From Salisapilia sapeloensis CBS 127946 (taxonomy: Eukaryota > Protista > Oomycota): 64,000 nucleotides of DNA. The stretch lies in assembly GCA_023334545.1 (NCBI GenBank), contig JAADVB010000067.1, positions 13,690 to 77,689 on the forward strand, written 5' to 3'. How positions within the stretch are numbered: position 1 is the first letter of the stretch; each line of letters starts with the position of its first letter. The notes beneath the pieces were generated by a model. That model saw only the letters and a program-made list of their open reading frames with translations. It ran no database searches and was not told the origin of the DNA. Below, in pieces: positions 33,387 to 46,204 of this stretch. The position numbers and the translations under genes were made by a program.

Positions 33387-33443
33387 AAAAGTGAAAGTGA
33401 CTCGGAGATCCACACGTTTGGCTCTGGTCGAAAGTTCCAGATT
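33387..33443 (-). promoter_or_regulatory. Inr-like element and heat-shock-element-like site upstream of HSP60
   Basis: Minus-strand TCACTTTCACTTTT (33400-33387) fits Inr YCAYTYY. cGAAagTTCcaGAt at 33429-33443 is an nGAAn triplet with one mismatch. Confidence 0.45.
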
Positions 33444-34528
33444 TGGGGGTCGAGGGTGCTAGGGTTTGAATCTTCAAGCGAAGTAATGGCCTTGTCTGTC
33501 TATGGACATCCTTGGCGTTGGCTCACTTAACGCCTTGAGACGATGTGAGATATGGTAGGAGATGACTGGAGCGTGGATGTTACTATGAGAGGTAGTTTGG
33601 CGCTTCTGGTGTATGTTGAGTGCTTTGGTGTGGATAATCATGCTTGTAGCGCTCTAGGATCATCAACATATGAAGTGTTTGCTCAATTGTGATCGACTTT
33701 ATCTCGAATGTGTCTAGGATACTGGGCTACCGGCGGTGGAAGCTGTAGTTTGGATGTTTCTTATTACAAAAGCGTCCTTGTTGTTCGTCTTGGTAGACGT
33801 GCACGTCTAATTTTGACAAATTTAGCGTGGCTGCTTCTATCGATCAATATTGCTTTCATCCAAAAGTACTGTTGATTGCGCTTAGGTGGCGGCTTGATTA
33901 AATTTAAAGGCGAAATATAGAGTACTCATTGCTTCTATCGAGGTCGGTCAAGCGTTACGGCTCGGCTCGACCTGCGCAATTAGTTTAATCGACAGTTATT
34001 GTCTACACAACCAAAACTCAGGATCAAAATGTGTTCGCTTGTCCCTGTTTAGATTGCCTGAGAATGTATATCTGGACAAGAACCATTCCTATCGAAATGT
34101 GCTAAATGCAATGGATATGATTTTGCTCGTTGACGAAAGTGGATCAAGCTATTTTGTTCCCAGTCTTGACAACGACTTGAACAGCTATGGTCTTTCATTT
34201 CTACGCTCGGAAATTGCAAGTTACAATACTCAGTGGTAACTACATACCGGATAGTGTCGGAAGACCAACAAGCAACAGCACAAAGTCTTCATCAACGATG
34301 CAAAGCGTTGCTCCATCACATTCATTCAACATTATAGATTAAATTCCACATGAAGAACCATTTTAACTCATACTCTCTCGTCTATGGTATCAAATCTCTA
34401 CATCTCCTCGACCATTATCCACAACTTATATAAAGTACCGGCCAGCTCATTCACTTGAGTCTAAAAGCTCTTCATTTCCGGCACTTCTGGGAATACCACT
34501 GCAAACCGGTACCCTTGTGGTACCATGA

Positions 34529-36497
34529 ATGGCAACGCATAGAGAAACAAACGGTCACAAATTCCGAACTTTGAGTATGGACGCCACTGGGACGGTGTGG
34601 GATCCCCAAGCAGTGATCGCTGGGGCAAAGCAACTCATTAATGCGAGCAACGTGTGTGCCATAACTACTCTCTTGCATTCTCACAACATCTAAAAGCACA
34701 TTGTACTTCTGTATGATGCACATAGTATGAAAAAGTAGGCGAAGCTCGTACGAATATCGAGACAACGATGAAGCAGTGGGTGGATTACGCTCAGTCGCAA
34801 CAGAGCCCGGACGATCAAGCTATTCTTTGTATTGTACAACTATGGCAGTCATACGCTGGGCTAGAAATCGAACTGCGCCAGTTTAAACAAGCGACCAAAG
34901 TATATGAAAAAGCAGTAGCGTGTCCCATCGCCGGGACCAAGCTTTGTATATGGTTGGACTATGCCAATTTCTGTATCGAGCGAAAGAAGTTCTCGAACGC
35001 TCGCAAGCTCTTCCTCCGTGCACTCCAATCCCTTTCGGTACTTTCACCTCTATTTCTTGTACATATCCCCGCTGGTTTTGGTATTTCGACCATTCCGTCT
35101 TGCTATCGATTCCATGTACTTTGCAAAACAGAAAGATATACGTTCCTACTACAGTGTTGATTGTAGAAGATAAAATACAAGAAACGTACTGCATGACTGG
35201 CACTAACTGCGTATTTACGCAATAGAAATCGGACCATCCAAAGATATGGGAAGCGTATCATGCATTTATGAAAGCACACATTGATCCGAACGTGACTATG
35301 GAAAGTCTCCAGTCCCAATCAGCACAAGCCAAATCGCCAACGTCAACGCCAGCACCAGCTACGCAATCGCCATCTTCCTCTACAATCAATTCAGACGCAC
35401 GTTCGGATCCAAAGTCAGATCCAGGTCCGACCACAAATGATTTAAACGAACTTGCATACTTTCGTCATATTCCCGTCACACTTCCATACATCAGCTCCGT
35501 TCCTCACCTCCTATTCGACAAGATGGAAGGAGAAGAAGGGAAGGAAGCAAAGGACACTGTAACGAGCAAAGTCCTGGAAGACCTATCGGAAGTGCTGCGT
35601 GACATTAGTGTCTTCGACGCTGTGAACGAACTCCGTCGAGATCAGCGTACTCGAGACCGTGATACGCTTTATCGGTGGCAAGACTTGATCGCGACGCAGA
35701 TGAAGGAAGGCAGTGAGCTCTTTGCCAACCACACGAGTGTCGAGCAGTCGATTATGAAAGACCCAAAGCAGTTTATCGAGTGTAAGAACCTTCACATGCA
35801 ACAACGACGGGACTTTGTCACTCGCTGTCAGAGCTCCCAAGATCAGTTCATCGAACTATGCGCAGTCGAACGAGAGAAGCAACTGCGTCAGCAGCAAGAG
35901 GCTCTGGCGCAATTGAAGTTGCCGGATATGGAAGTGACGGCGGACTATGAGACCGTCCAACGTCAACGAGCGATCATCGCGCTTGTGGTTGAAACGGAGG
36001 AAGCGTGGAAGGCAGAGATGAACGAGACCTCTACGAAGGAATCTTTGGACGCTGCGCCTCGAACGTCCAGCCACGCACATACTTCTAGCCAACGGTATGA
36101 CCATCCAACTTCCACTCGACCGTCCGATCGCGATCGTCGTCGCCGAGTTGCTGATCGTCGGAACCACTACCAGTCAGATTCGAATCGGTCTCGCCCGAAT
36201 GGCTATCATGACCAGAGACAGCGTCCACCGCGGACGCAGAGCCAGTACCAGGCGAATATGATGCCGATGGATCCAGCCTATCAGATGCAGTACAATCTCG
36301 GGTTTCAGCAAGCCATGCAGATGCAGATGGGCATGCCACCGCAGTCGTTCCCACCTCCGTATCCGAATGACCCTCGTCGGCAGCCGTATGCAGATGAAAG
36401 GTACGCGAGACCGTATGGTCGAGAGAGGGAGCCTCCGAATGGGTATCGAGGTGGAAGACGCGATGATCGGCCAAGGCGTGGAGGGTATCGTCGGTAA
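34529..36497 (+). CDS. HAT/TPR-like repeat protein with Arg/Asp/Pro/Gln-rich tail, about 568 aa, 3 exons
   Basis: join(34529..34651,34726..35037,35226..36497), in frame. HAT-like LWQSYAGLE..VYEKAV, IWLDYANFCIE..ARKLFLRAL, IWEAY. Start codon uncertain (34529 or 34577). Confidence 0.65.
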
Positions 36498-37249
36498 AAA
36501 GAATAAGAGGGATTTTGCTTTGCAGATTTGAGTGTATATCTTGTTACTGGCAGGAGATTGCTGTCGAGGCATACGTAGCTTTTTCTACAGATAAGTGGTA
36601 TCGATATGCATGGTGATCTTTAGATGGACTTAATAAATGACCTTCTATACTTCTACTACTTGTAGAATAAACTTGTAGGCAGTACGAACTAGTACAGTGG
36701 TGTTTTATGCAGCAGAGCTAAAGCATAGAATCGGAATGAGTTGTCCTATAGAAAACCGGTCCCAACAATTGATATCTTAAACAAGTATCGATTCGTATAG
36801 TATAGACTCGATTTGGTTGTACCGATCACGAACGGATTTCGTCGACATGAAGACTCGATATCTCGAATAAAAGCTATACTAGACTTCAAGCGTGAGCGTC
36901 ATGGTCATCGTAGTCATGCATGCCGCCTAAAGAGTCTATTGGTTATCGCCATTAAAACGATGCTCTCGGAAGCACAGTATGCAAGTGTGTGCATAGTAAT
37001 GTAGCATCTTCAAATCTTCTGCACATACTTGACATGGCGCTAGGCTCACCTATCTCTTCTTTGTACTTTACTGACTTGTGGTAACCATCGACAGGTTTGG
37101 CAGTTGCGTGGCTATACATAAAAGGTTTGGAAGCGTCAGGCTGTGATATAGCCTAGCAGTCGTCATGGTACGTCGAGACACTCCGATGCATTACCCCGAG
37201 TTTCGTCTGACAGTAGTCAGAGAAAGTAACAAGGAGATTTTAATCTGGA

Positions 37250-37668
37250 TTTCTACGTACGATCCAAATGAGAACTGCTGCAATACTCAATATGACACGA
37301 TGATCGACGTGTAACTTGATGAAGCGTACTGCGAACTTCACTTGGTCATTCTTTTATCTCCGATATAGCTTTATCATTTCTTTCGAAATCGACAAGTTGA
37401 CTCCATTCATGCCCTACTACAAATGTTTTCGCATCTTCATAGCTTTCAATATCTCGCTCCGATCTATTTGCTTTTGACTGGAAGTACATGACTGTGCTTC
37501 GAGTCGGAGAGTTTCTCGATATGTGATTAAAATTAGGTGGTGCATCATTAAAACTTGTCTATCTATTTGATGTGACTCTGCTGTATCAGAGGTGGCAACC
37601 TTCAGTTCTTCATCTAAAGATAGAAGTCCGAAATCTCCACACTCATAAAGAGTGGATATAGGGTCCAT
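37250..37668 (-). pseudogene. Decayed copy of the basic/coiled-coil (M96-like) family
   Basis: Acidic N-terminus DFGLLSLDEEL, QKQIDRSEILKAMKMRKHL*, then after a frameshift EWSQLVDFERNDKAISE (W-x-x-x-A/V position of the family). Weak. Confidence 0.3.
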
Positions 37669-38399
37669 GAAAGAATCTCTACTGATGGAATAACTTATGG
37701 AAGAGCAAATAAGACCTAAACGAAAAGATATACGGTACTAAGCAACCACGACTACACCCTGTTCATTACCAGACGAATGTAGAGAATATTCTGATCAATG
37801 GACGACTTCAAGGATGGGTCTGGGTGCCCATTAGAGATTGAAAACTTGGTCAATTATAAAGAGCCAACCACAGTCGTTTTGTAAATCGATTAAAATACGG
37901 TTGTGCGTGGTATATGCGTTTGTCCATGTAGCATAGCTGGCTTGTATTTCTGACTCGAAATAAATGATGAAGATGTAGATGAATGCGATTTTTCTTAGTA
38001 AATTAGAATGCAAGAGGAGCAAGAAGAAAAGTATGCAGTCTTTAGTGAATTGCCGAAGTTTTTCTTCAAGCAGTGAGTTTCCTATACTCACATCCGGGCT
38101 GAAAGATAGGTTATACGGTATATCGTTGCATAACCTGTATCTGTTGGTACTTAGCGCAGGTAGGATAAAGGATACATCATCTAAACGCTCCACATGGTGC
38201 GGGTACGTTCATGATTTGTAGCATGAACGGCAAAGTCAACATTAAAAGTACTACTTTTGTACAGAATTCACGTCTCAATTGAAACACGCGATTGAAGCTC
38301 GTTCGACTCGTCTCAAATTACGCATTAAAGCTTAGGCGAAACAGCGAAATCAACTGCAGGGTCGGACAAGAAGTCGCCATCATCAAAATCTTCATACCA

Positions 38400-39095
38400 A
38401 TCGAAAGTCTTAATTGCAATAAAGAGCCCGATGTATCTTGAGAATAATAGGCGATATCAACTTATAGTTCACTACTCTACACGGGCTTATAGCTTGGTTA
38501 CTACACCTCTATTTGTATTCTTGAAGAAAATCTAGCATGCCACTTTATAAATCGAAATAGCCTCTGTATAGTCTCCCAGTTAGACATGTCGTTTGCATCG
38601 AGGAAGACACGATGTGCCTATGAATTTTGTTGATGCAATTATACCTTTTACTAGTACATACAGGACCACAGCTTGTCACACGTTGTTTTGAAAGTGATAT
38701 TTGCACAACGTTCAATTTTCATCTAATCAATCCGAGTGGAAACTTGGTCTTCCAATCACAAGATTTTATCTTAATATTATGCCATATCTTGAAGTCGTCT
38801 AGGCGCGTGCCTCGCTTCAACCCTTCCACCAAGATCACGCCACGTGCCATACTGAAGCAGATATCCAATGATCTTCTTTATGAGCCAAAGAACGATTTTC
38901 CATCCTTGCGCTTTTGCTACCTCTTGGAGAATACCGTAATTTAACACGGTGGGTATCTAGCAGTATAATAAAGCGTGGAAAGTCAATTTCGTCTAGAATG
39001 TAGGTAGTGGAAAATCGTGGTAAGTTTTCTTTCATTTTTCGCGACGTGTCGACAAACCTACATTCCGTCCAACTAATCCTTTCGTGATTGTGCAT
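38400..39095 (-). mobile_element. IS630/Tc1-like DDE transposase relic
   Basis: YILDEIDF...RYSPRGSK...WISA resembles the first-Asp block (DExGF..SPxG). A downstream YYSQD resembles PYSPD. No TIRs found. Confidence 0.35.
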
Positions 39096-39208
39096 AATCT
39101 GCAGTCAACAACATTTTGCCTTCATTGTGGCATAAACTTCCCCTTTAATGCTAGTAAACAACGAGAGTTCGTTCACTTTGTAATTTGACATTGTGTTCTC
39201 ACTTGGAT

Positions 39209-39829
39209 ATGGTCGATATTGGTATAAACTGGTATGGAATGGGGCCTTCGGTTCCGTTGCAAGTCTTGCTCGAGGATGTAGACATGGAGTGCATGTCCAA
39301 ATTTCCAGAAGAGTTAGACCTGATCGAATGGGACGATGCGCTCACATCTTCAAAAGACTTGGGCAGTGTATTACCAGTGTTGTCTCCAGAGGCGATTGAA
39401 CCCATTCCGCTGGAGATGTCTACATTATCTCCATCGCCCACATCTTCAAGCAAAGCAGACCAAAGCTCTCCCATGAAGCAATCTCCAGATCGAAAGAGGA
39501 AGCGGTCGAGCAGCCCTACATCGTCCTCAAAAAGCCCTTCAAAGAAGAGGAAGCGGCCACAACAACTCGAGCTAGAGAGATTGCGAGTGACGTCGAAAGA
39601 ATTGGAAGAGGTCTTGATTGAAGTGAAACGGGAGAAAGGGATCAGCATGGACGAAGAAGAAAGCGCGATGAGAGTCAGCTGGAAAGCGATTGCCGAAAGC
39701 CGTCGAAGTGAACTCTTGAAGGCAGAGGAAGAGCAAATGTGGCTTCAATCCATGGTGGCCGAGCATAGAGCATTTATTGAAGCAGTGTCTGCTCCAGGTA
39801 AAGCTTTTTCAAAAGGCTTCACGCTATAA
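39209..39829 (+). CDS. Basic/coiled-coil (M96-like) family protein, C-terminally truncated
   Basis: KKRKRPQQLELERLRVTSKELEEVL and WKAIAESRRSELLKAEEE align to the 1320-1964 paralogue. Possible donor GTAAAG at 39798 with no convincing downstream exon. Confidence 0.6.
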   Translation: MVDIGINWYGMGPSVPLQVLLEDVDMECMSKFPEELDLIEWDDALTSSKDLGSVLPVLSPEAIEPIPLEMSTLSPSPTSSSKADQSSPMKQSPDRKRKRSSSPTSSSKSPSKKRKRPQQLELERLRVTSKELEEVLIEVKREKGISMDEEESAMRVSWKAIAESRRSELLKAEEEQMWLQSMVAEHRAFIEAVSAPGKAFSKGFTL

Positions 39830-39849
39830 ATGTATGGATTCGTAACGGG

Positions 39850-41600
39850 CAGTATAAAAATAAGCATTTCGATCTCACGAGCATGAAGCTCAAAAGTAGT
39901 TTGTCCGTATTTCGCTTGTTTCTTCAAGTGATTGCATATATAATTTACATGGCGCCAGTCATACCACAATATGCTGACAAGACAATACCCAAGAATATTC
40001 TGAATAATGGCCTGGCATCGAAATGTGTGGCCAATCGATCGATCTACCGATAAAATGCGGTATATGTGAGCCTTGGGACCGTATCCAAATTGAATGATCT
40101 CGCTTGTTTTGTCGCAAAAGGTCGACAAGCAAATTGGTGCTAGTAAATTACCCACACATTTACCCCGTTTCATTCGCTATCTGTCTGGCTACATAAAGTT
40201 ATGGCCAGAAGGCAAACATGCTCGCCAATACGGTCGAATTAGTCATCCATTGTATACGCTCGCTTCCACCCATTAACATGCCGCGTGGATAAGTGTTGAT
40301 GCTCAATCGCCCCTCGACGTTTCTCTCCGCTCGTACTATGGCGTGCCTGTCCGGATAGCTGTCTTTGCTGACTCGTTTGTAGATACAAGCGACAATGCGC
40401 TTGATAGACCCCTCTCCCAACCTCTTATGGCGCTCAGACGCCGTTCTATTACTAGTTTTATGACTAGGATTGCCGTTGAGCCTAATAGTTTGGAACCATG
40501 GTTACCGATCTTGCTATATGCCACCGATCTTTTCAATCAGCGGTAAGCTTGATCGAAGTGTAAAGTCACTGCACCCTTTAACAGACATGTGATGAATAGG
40601 TCTCTCTAGTCGCGAGGATACGATCCCATCGCATGCTTCCTGGCGCAAACAGTTCAAGACTGAGGATGGGAAGACATAATCCATAATTAAAGCACAAAAC
40701 CACCGCGGCATGAAGCTTTAAAAAGTACATAAATAACCAAAGCATCTACACGGGAAGTTGATACAGCTTCAATACGACGTTATTGTCACGTTTCCAGTGT
40801 CCATTGTAACACGTGGCCTCAATTCGAAACAAAGGTGAAAGAGACTGACGGCTTGCAGTCGCATACGTGATCCAAAACACTAGTAGCTAATGTTTTGATG
40901 CGCCGAACTAAAAAGTGTTGACGAGCATCACTGCTCATCGTTTTCAAAAATTTTAAATGTCAGCGTTGGGAAGTCAAGTCATGAAGAGAAGACCATGACT
41001 TGTGGGTTCCTAGTCAGTGTCATTTGACACCAAATAGCATTCAGTTTAGCCCCATCCTCGTTTAACCATCACTTTACCCTATCGAAGATAGGGTCTTGCG
41101 GGTTTTCAAAAATATGAATGGAGCTCGCACGGTCTCACCGCAAGCGGGTCCATCTCTTACAAAGAACGCACCATCCCACTCCGAACAGACACGAATATTT
41201 GGAAGACATCTTCGCACTGTCTGAGTAGGCCGTCGGGTCAGGCATGCGCATTAGATACATTTTGTACCAAGCCCAATCTTTCATGTGATTTCTAGCAACA
41301 AATTCGTAAATCTGACGAATCACAGACGCCATCGATTGAAAGACAGGTGTCGCCGTCGGCTATGGCTCTAAACCCAGTCTCTTTCCCACAACAATTAAGT
41401 CACAAATAATCATTTGTGGCTCGCATTGCACGACGCGAGTAAAGAGACCGGACCACTTGATTTCGAACATAAAAGCGATGTCGTCCAACTTCGTCATCCT
41501 GTACGATCAAACTGGAAGCCATTTTTCGGCCGTCACATGGCACCGACCAGCAACTTCGTGTATGCACACAGATTGGTATGCATGTGTTAAAATTGAGCAA
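39850..41600 (-). mobile_element. Decayed LINE reverse transcriptase relic
   Basis: Ordered motifs: EACDGI..LPLIEK (40.5-40.65 kb; KAxGxDG..IxLxK), KLLGSTAILVIKLVIERRLSAIRGWERGLSS (40.4-40.5 kb), KRGKCVGNLLAPICL (40126-40170; RGVRQGDPLSPLLF-like). Endonuclease-like DGRKMASS..FYVRN at about 41.5 kb. Confidence 0.45.
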
Positions 41601-41674
41601 TTGCAACGAAGACTTCGGCTCAACTACCATTTCTAAAATTGCCACCAAGTTCGCAAATCCATCAAACCACCAAG

Positions 41675-42250
41675 ATGAACGCTACATCGATCGAGCCATT
41701 GCCCATTGGAATGGAAGACTTTCGACTCGATGGACTCGAAGTTGCTACGAACCTCTCCGACGTGCTGCTCGAAGACTTAAGTGACTTTACTGGAAGTTTG
41801 GACGGAGATCTTGGCTTGTCATGGCTTTGTGCTTTGGATGAATCTCCAGAGGAACTTCCAGCTTCTCCAACTTCCGTTGGTAAATCTGAAAGTCCTACGT
41901 CATCGGGCAAGCGGAAACGAGTCGAAACGGACTCGACGACTCCAAAGCCCAAGAAACAAGCTGCTTCAACCAACAATAAAGATAAGAAGGACAAGAAGGA
42001 GTCATCTCTAACATCGCGACAGGAAATCCGCCGCCATAACAACCGATTGTCTGCGGCTCGCTCGCGCCGACGACAGCAAGAACATCTTCGGCAGTTGGAA
42101 GAAAAAGCTGCAGCACTGCAGCAGCGAAACGACTACTTGACTGCAATTGTCTCTCAGCTGGTAGACACTGGGAATAGTGCGTACAATGTCGCTCCACCCA
42201 TGATGCCGGCTGACCAAGTATACTGCCCATGCCCGTCGTGGACATATTGA
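41675..42250 (+). CDS. bZIP transcription factor, 191 aa
   Basis: Basic region RRHNNRLSAARSRRR (N-x7-R) followed by leucine heptads LRQLEEKAAALQQRNDYL. Acidic N-terminus. Confidence 0.85.
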   Translation: MNATSIEPLPIGMEDFRLDGLEVATNLSDVLLEDLSDFTGSLDGDLGLSWLCALDESPEELPASPTSVGKSESPTSSGKRKRVETDSTTPKPKKQAASTNNKDKKDKKESSLTSRQEIRRHNNRLSAARSRRRQQEHLRQLEEKAAALQQRNDYLTAIVSQLVDTGNSAYNVAPPMMPADQVYCPCPSWTY

Positions 42251-43699
42251 CTTTCTAGTAATGTAACTTCATGGACTCGCGCGCAGAGCCATCCTTGTAG
42301 AATCGTGGGAATATGAACCAAATAAATGTTAAGTTTCCAATCCAAACTGGTCGATCATTGCATTTGATACTTTTAGATGTCTCTGACAGCTATTAAATGA
42401 CGGCCGTCCTTCATCTCTTGACGATAGAAAAATTGAACCAAGGTGAAATATTCCTGTCAATAGCTTGTGATTGCTCTATTTACCAATTTTGATGCCTTCA
42501 GTGTCAATTGAGCGTTTGTTAGCTCTTGGGTCTATCAAGACCTTCATGATGGGCAAGCATACTCCAAGTCAATTAAAATTTTTACCAAGGACTACCTCCT
42601 CTACATACGCCACTTGTGTTAACGGACGAGTCACAATCATATAGGCATAAAACTTTATTGGAGTACTTGATTTAAAAGACCATGTCATCAAGCAATATTT
42701 ACTGCATCAACAAGTTCCGAATCTTTCGTGGCAAAGTTCTGCCACGAGGCGATGGAGCACAACTACGAGCGCATAGAAAGCGGCAATTAGATCTTTGTAT
42801 GAACCTGCCACGACCAGTATGGCTTCAGGACGTGTTTATAAAGATGATACTGCAACTAAGTATCTTTTGATACTAAAACTAGTCAAGAAGAATAAGCGAT
42901 TCGATAGCATCATTAGAGCTCCATTGTTGCTACCACAATACCATGAAATGAGCAAGCGAAACACCCCGCTTTCTACACAATGTCTGTATGCTGTCTTTGT
43001 CGTATACGCTCGTACTTTCGTTGTCACTGTGGACGACCGCTGTTGCTCTACTTCAACTCCACTTCAATGTACACGGATCCTACTTCAACATACGGTTGAA
43101 CGCCATACATGAGATACGAGCGAAACGCACGCTTAACTTGTGCTGACTGCACACTTTCCTGCATTACGTGTACATTTTTCTTTAAAAATTTTGTTCGAGC
43201 TGAATAATTAAATCGTTGACTTGAATGAGCTGTCAATTTTCTGAACTCGACGACGATGACTGCTCTGTTCTGTGCGTAACAAGGAGCCGGTGTTTGGTTG
43301 ACTCATCTGTACTCGCATAAAAAGACTTGTGGTACTGACGTTGTAGATTCTGCTGCTTTATTCACTTTCTGTGCTTTTCTTGCTCTCTAGATACTCGTGA
43401 AAGCTGCTTGCATCATTGCTTCACATCCGCATCCTGACCCAATCATGTTAATGCATCAAGTATAAAGCAGCATCAATTCACCTTAGGATATATCTACTCA
43501 ATGTTGTACGGCGTCTGAGAATATCAAGTACAATTTAAAGCTTTCAGATGCTTGCAAGGGATACATATTGAAGTTTAGGAGAAATACATATCTTATTGAA
43601 GGCCCAGTGGCTATGTGCCGGTCTAGCCTACCAAAGAACACCGCTCTGTTTAAGCAAAACTTCGATTTTCAAATCTTATTCTGCACGAACAACAAAATA

Positions 43700-45100
43700 T
43701 GGCCTATCCTACTGATAGGATCTTGACTTCTTGCGTACTTCAATTTCTTTAGCCAGTAAGATACAATTTACATATACCAGACATGGCGATTGATGTCCAA
43801 GATATAATAGTGCGCTAAGCAATGTTTTGCCTTTTAATTGCCATGCGTGCAACCACGAAATAAAGGAACCGTTTACAGACATGAACATTGACAGTCCGGC
43901 GATGACCGATAATCCATTGTGAACTTATGGCTAGGCGTATTGTGCTTGTAGATGATTGTACGCTGTACATCTTCGTCTGCTACCCTCCATAGCGCAGGCC
44001 GAGAAAATTGAAGCATCGAATCTTGATGATTTAGTCACAAGACTGCGCCCATGGGTACAAGCTTGCCACGCATCCCTTCTAGGATTCAGCTAATCAGCAC
44101 GTGTTAATAAAACTAAAATTTATGTTTGTAAGCTTGTAAAAGCATCTAACAACGCGTGTTTTCTTCTTAGGACGTTATGCCAATGTGTAGGGAGATAATC
44201 AAGCTCAATTATTCACTGCGGTCATTGCGGTACCTCACGAAAATGTCTCTTGCAGGCATATTCGATGTGCAAAATCGATTTAAATTCTTTATTTCTTCGG
44301 TTAAAACGTAAGAAGGCCATCAAATTTTTGTATTTCATGTGGCATTTAGCATACATGTAGTAAGTGATAGCCATTATAAATTTTTGAAGCACAGATCCTC
44401 GAAGTACTTGCCTTTGATTTGTCTCTGTACCTTCGAATGGGCTGCAACTACTGTAGTGGGTACAATCTCTTAACCCATGCGTACCTTTTGACCAGGTCAG
44501 ATTCCAAGGGTCCACAAGTGACATCTGGGTTCTCAAACAAACAATTCTACAGACATTACCGTTCTATAGTTTCGTAGCGTACGCACGTCAGTCGACGTGT
44601 TGATGTGCAAGCAAAGTACACTTCAGCGAAGGAGAAAACAAAATTCAGTCGTATCTGTACCCTTCCATTTGCCATACACGTGCCTCAGAGAACGAATGAG
44701 CGGGTCCGTTGATCGAAAAACTTCCCAAGATCAACGAATGTAGTGGCCAGATAAGCGGCGTACTGCTGGAGTGGCACATGAGCAAGAGACACGGGAGGCG
44801 TCTGTCTGTGTTCCAACATGCTCTGACTTTCGTTACGGCACAGTTTTAATGCTAAGCGTGGACATGCTGCTCCTCTTCTGTTGGGCGGTATATGGATGGC
44901 TTAAGATCTTGAAATGACTGTCGCCAGGACACAACATGCAATAAGTATTGACGAATGTTTCCACTTCCACATAGACCGAACAAGTACCACTGTTTGGGCT
45001 AAAGTTTTCCCTGCATAAACGACAATCATTCTGCCCTTGACCGGCGATTTTGCTCAACTGCTACCAGCTCCAGAACACTGAATCAAGCGTTTATCGAGCG
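43700..45100 (-). mobile_element. Decayed Ty1/copia relic (integrase and RT)
   Basis: Integrase NTYC..LSHPYTAQQ (44.88-44.95 kb; PYTPQQNG), RT RGKLVPMG (44070-44047; KARLVAKG), SALLYLGHQSP and VYVNCILL (43820-43751; KALYGLKQSP and VYVDDILI). Copia order; boundaries approximate. Confidence 0.6.
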
Positions 45101-45616
45101 AGATGCTCGCACTAGGAGAAAATTACTGATGTGGCAATGTACGAAATTCGAGCTACAAAGGGAAATTTTACCTCATTGCACTCGTCTTCGTGCCGCAGTT
45201 ATGGCATTACTTTTACTATCATCAATTGATGCCTTAGCAAAGAATACTGACATGATTGAAGTCAGGCCGACAATTTCGTCTCGTACACTGGCAGTAACCT
45301 CAGTCTTCACGTTTCATTCTCTTTGCAAAGTTTTTATAGACTTCTGCTCTCATTTAACGTGCAAAGCCAAGGGAATAGGATAGTTTCACATTTCAAAGTC
45401 GCAAAATAAATGCAGTTGGTATGGTAACTAGTTCTTCGATTCTTGCTCTACCGAAATGGAAGCAGCAGGATGAAAGGAATATCAATAGACATGAGAGAAA
45501 TTGGAAGTAGAGACGAAATGAACTGCTACATTGACATGCTATTTCAAGGTTTTAAGCAATTGTACTACTACATGAAATTCTACACAAGTGCAAACCAATA
45601 CGCCGTTGCATGCATC

Positions 45617-46204
45617 TTATCTGAAGTTGATCGGCTCCAAGCACATCGGGTGCGGAGGATGACAAAGCGTGGAATTGGGCCCCGGGTATGGATGATTTTC
45701 CATAGTGATTGCATCTGCAGCTAGACCAGCAGCAAGATTCATTGCGAGCGCATTCAGTTCTTCATTCCGCTTTTGGAGCTCTTTGACCTGGTTCTCAAGC
45801 TCTTTCATTCGCTCTCGCTGACGCTGGCGAGAGCGTGCGGCGGATGCTCGGTTCTTTTCGCGTCGAACTTCATCCGGTTCGCAGCTAAACTTTCTTGGAG
45901 TGCGTCTGGAAGGCGCATGGGTGGAAGGATGAAGCAGGGACTTGCTGTCTCCATCCTGTCGCTTTCGCTTCTTAGAAATTCCTTCAGCACTATTGGTGTC
46001 ACTGCGCGTCGTGTAGCGAAGCTCCGGGGAGTTCACGAATTCACTTTTAATGTGTAAGGTTTCGCTATCGCGCTTCAAGTCATCGAAGATGGCACCGACT
46101 TGGATGAGATCAATGGATGGAAAGCTTGCGAGATGTCCATACGGCATGCACTTGGACTCCATATCAATGACATGTGGAGGCATAGCGTTGGGCAAATTGC
46201 TCAT
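45617..46204 (-). CDS. bZIP transcription factor paralogue, 195 aa
   Basis: RREKNRASAARSRQRQRERMKELENQVKELQKRNEEL: canonical N-x7-R basic region plus zipper. Confidence 0.85.
   Translation of the reverse strand: MSNLPNAMPPHVIDMESKCMPYGHLASFPSIDLIQVGAIFDDLKRDSETLHIKSEFVNSPELRYTTRSDTNSAEGISKKRKRQDGDSKSLLHPSTHAPSRRTPRKFSCEPDEVRREKNRASAARSRQRQRERMKELENQVKELQKRNEELNALAMNLAAGLAADAITMENHPYPGPNSTLCHPPHPMCLEPINFR

Noticed and set aside
33500-34330. Possible small multi-exon gene between HSP60 and the HAT gene
   Set aside because: Splice-like signals and a 66-codon ORF exist, but I could not build a stop-free model.
1320-39829. Two paralogous ORFs both listed as exactly 214 aa
   Set aside because: The 39185 ORF length depends on a TTG start; with ATG 39209 the lengths differ.
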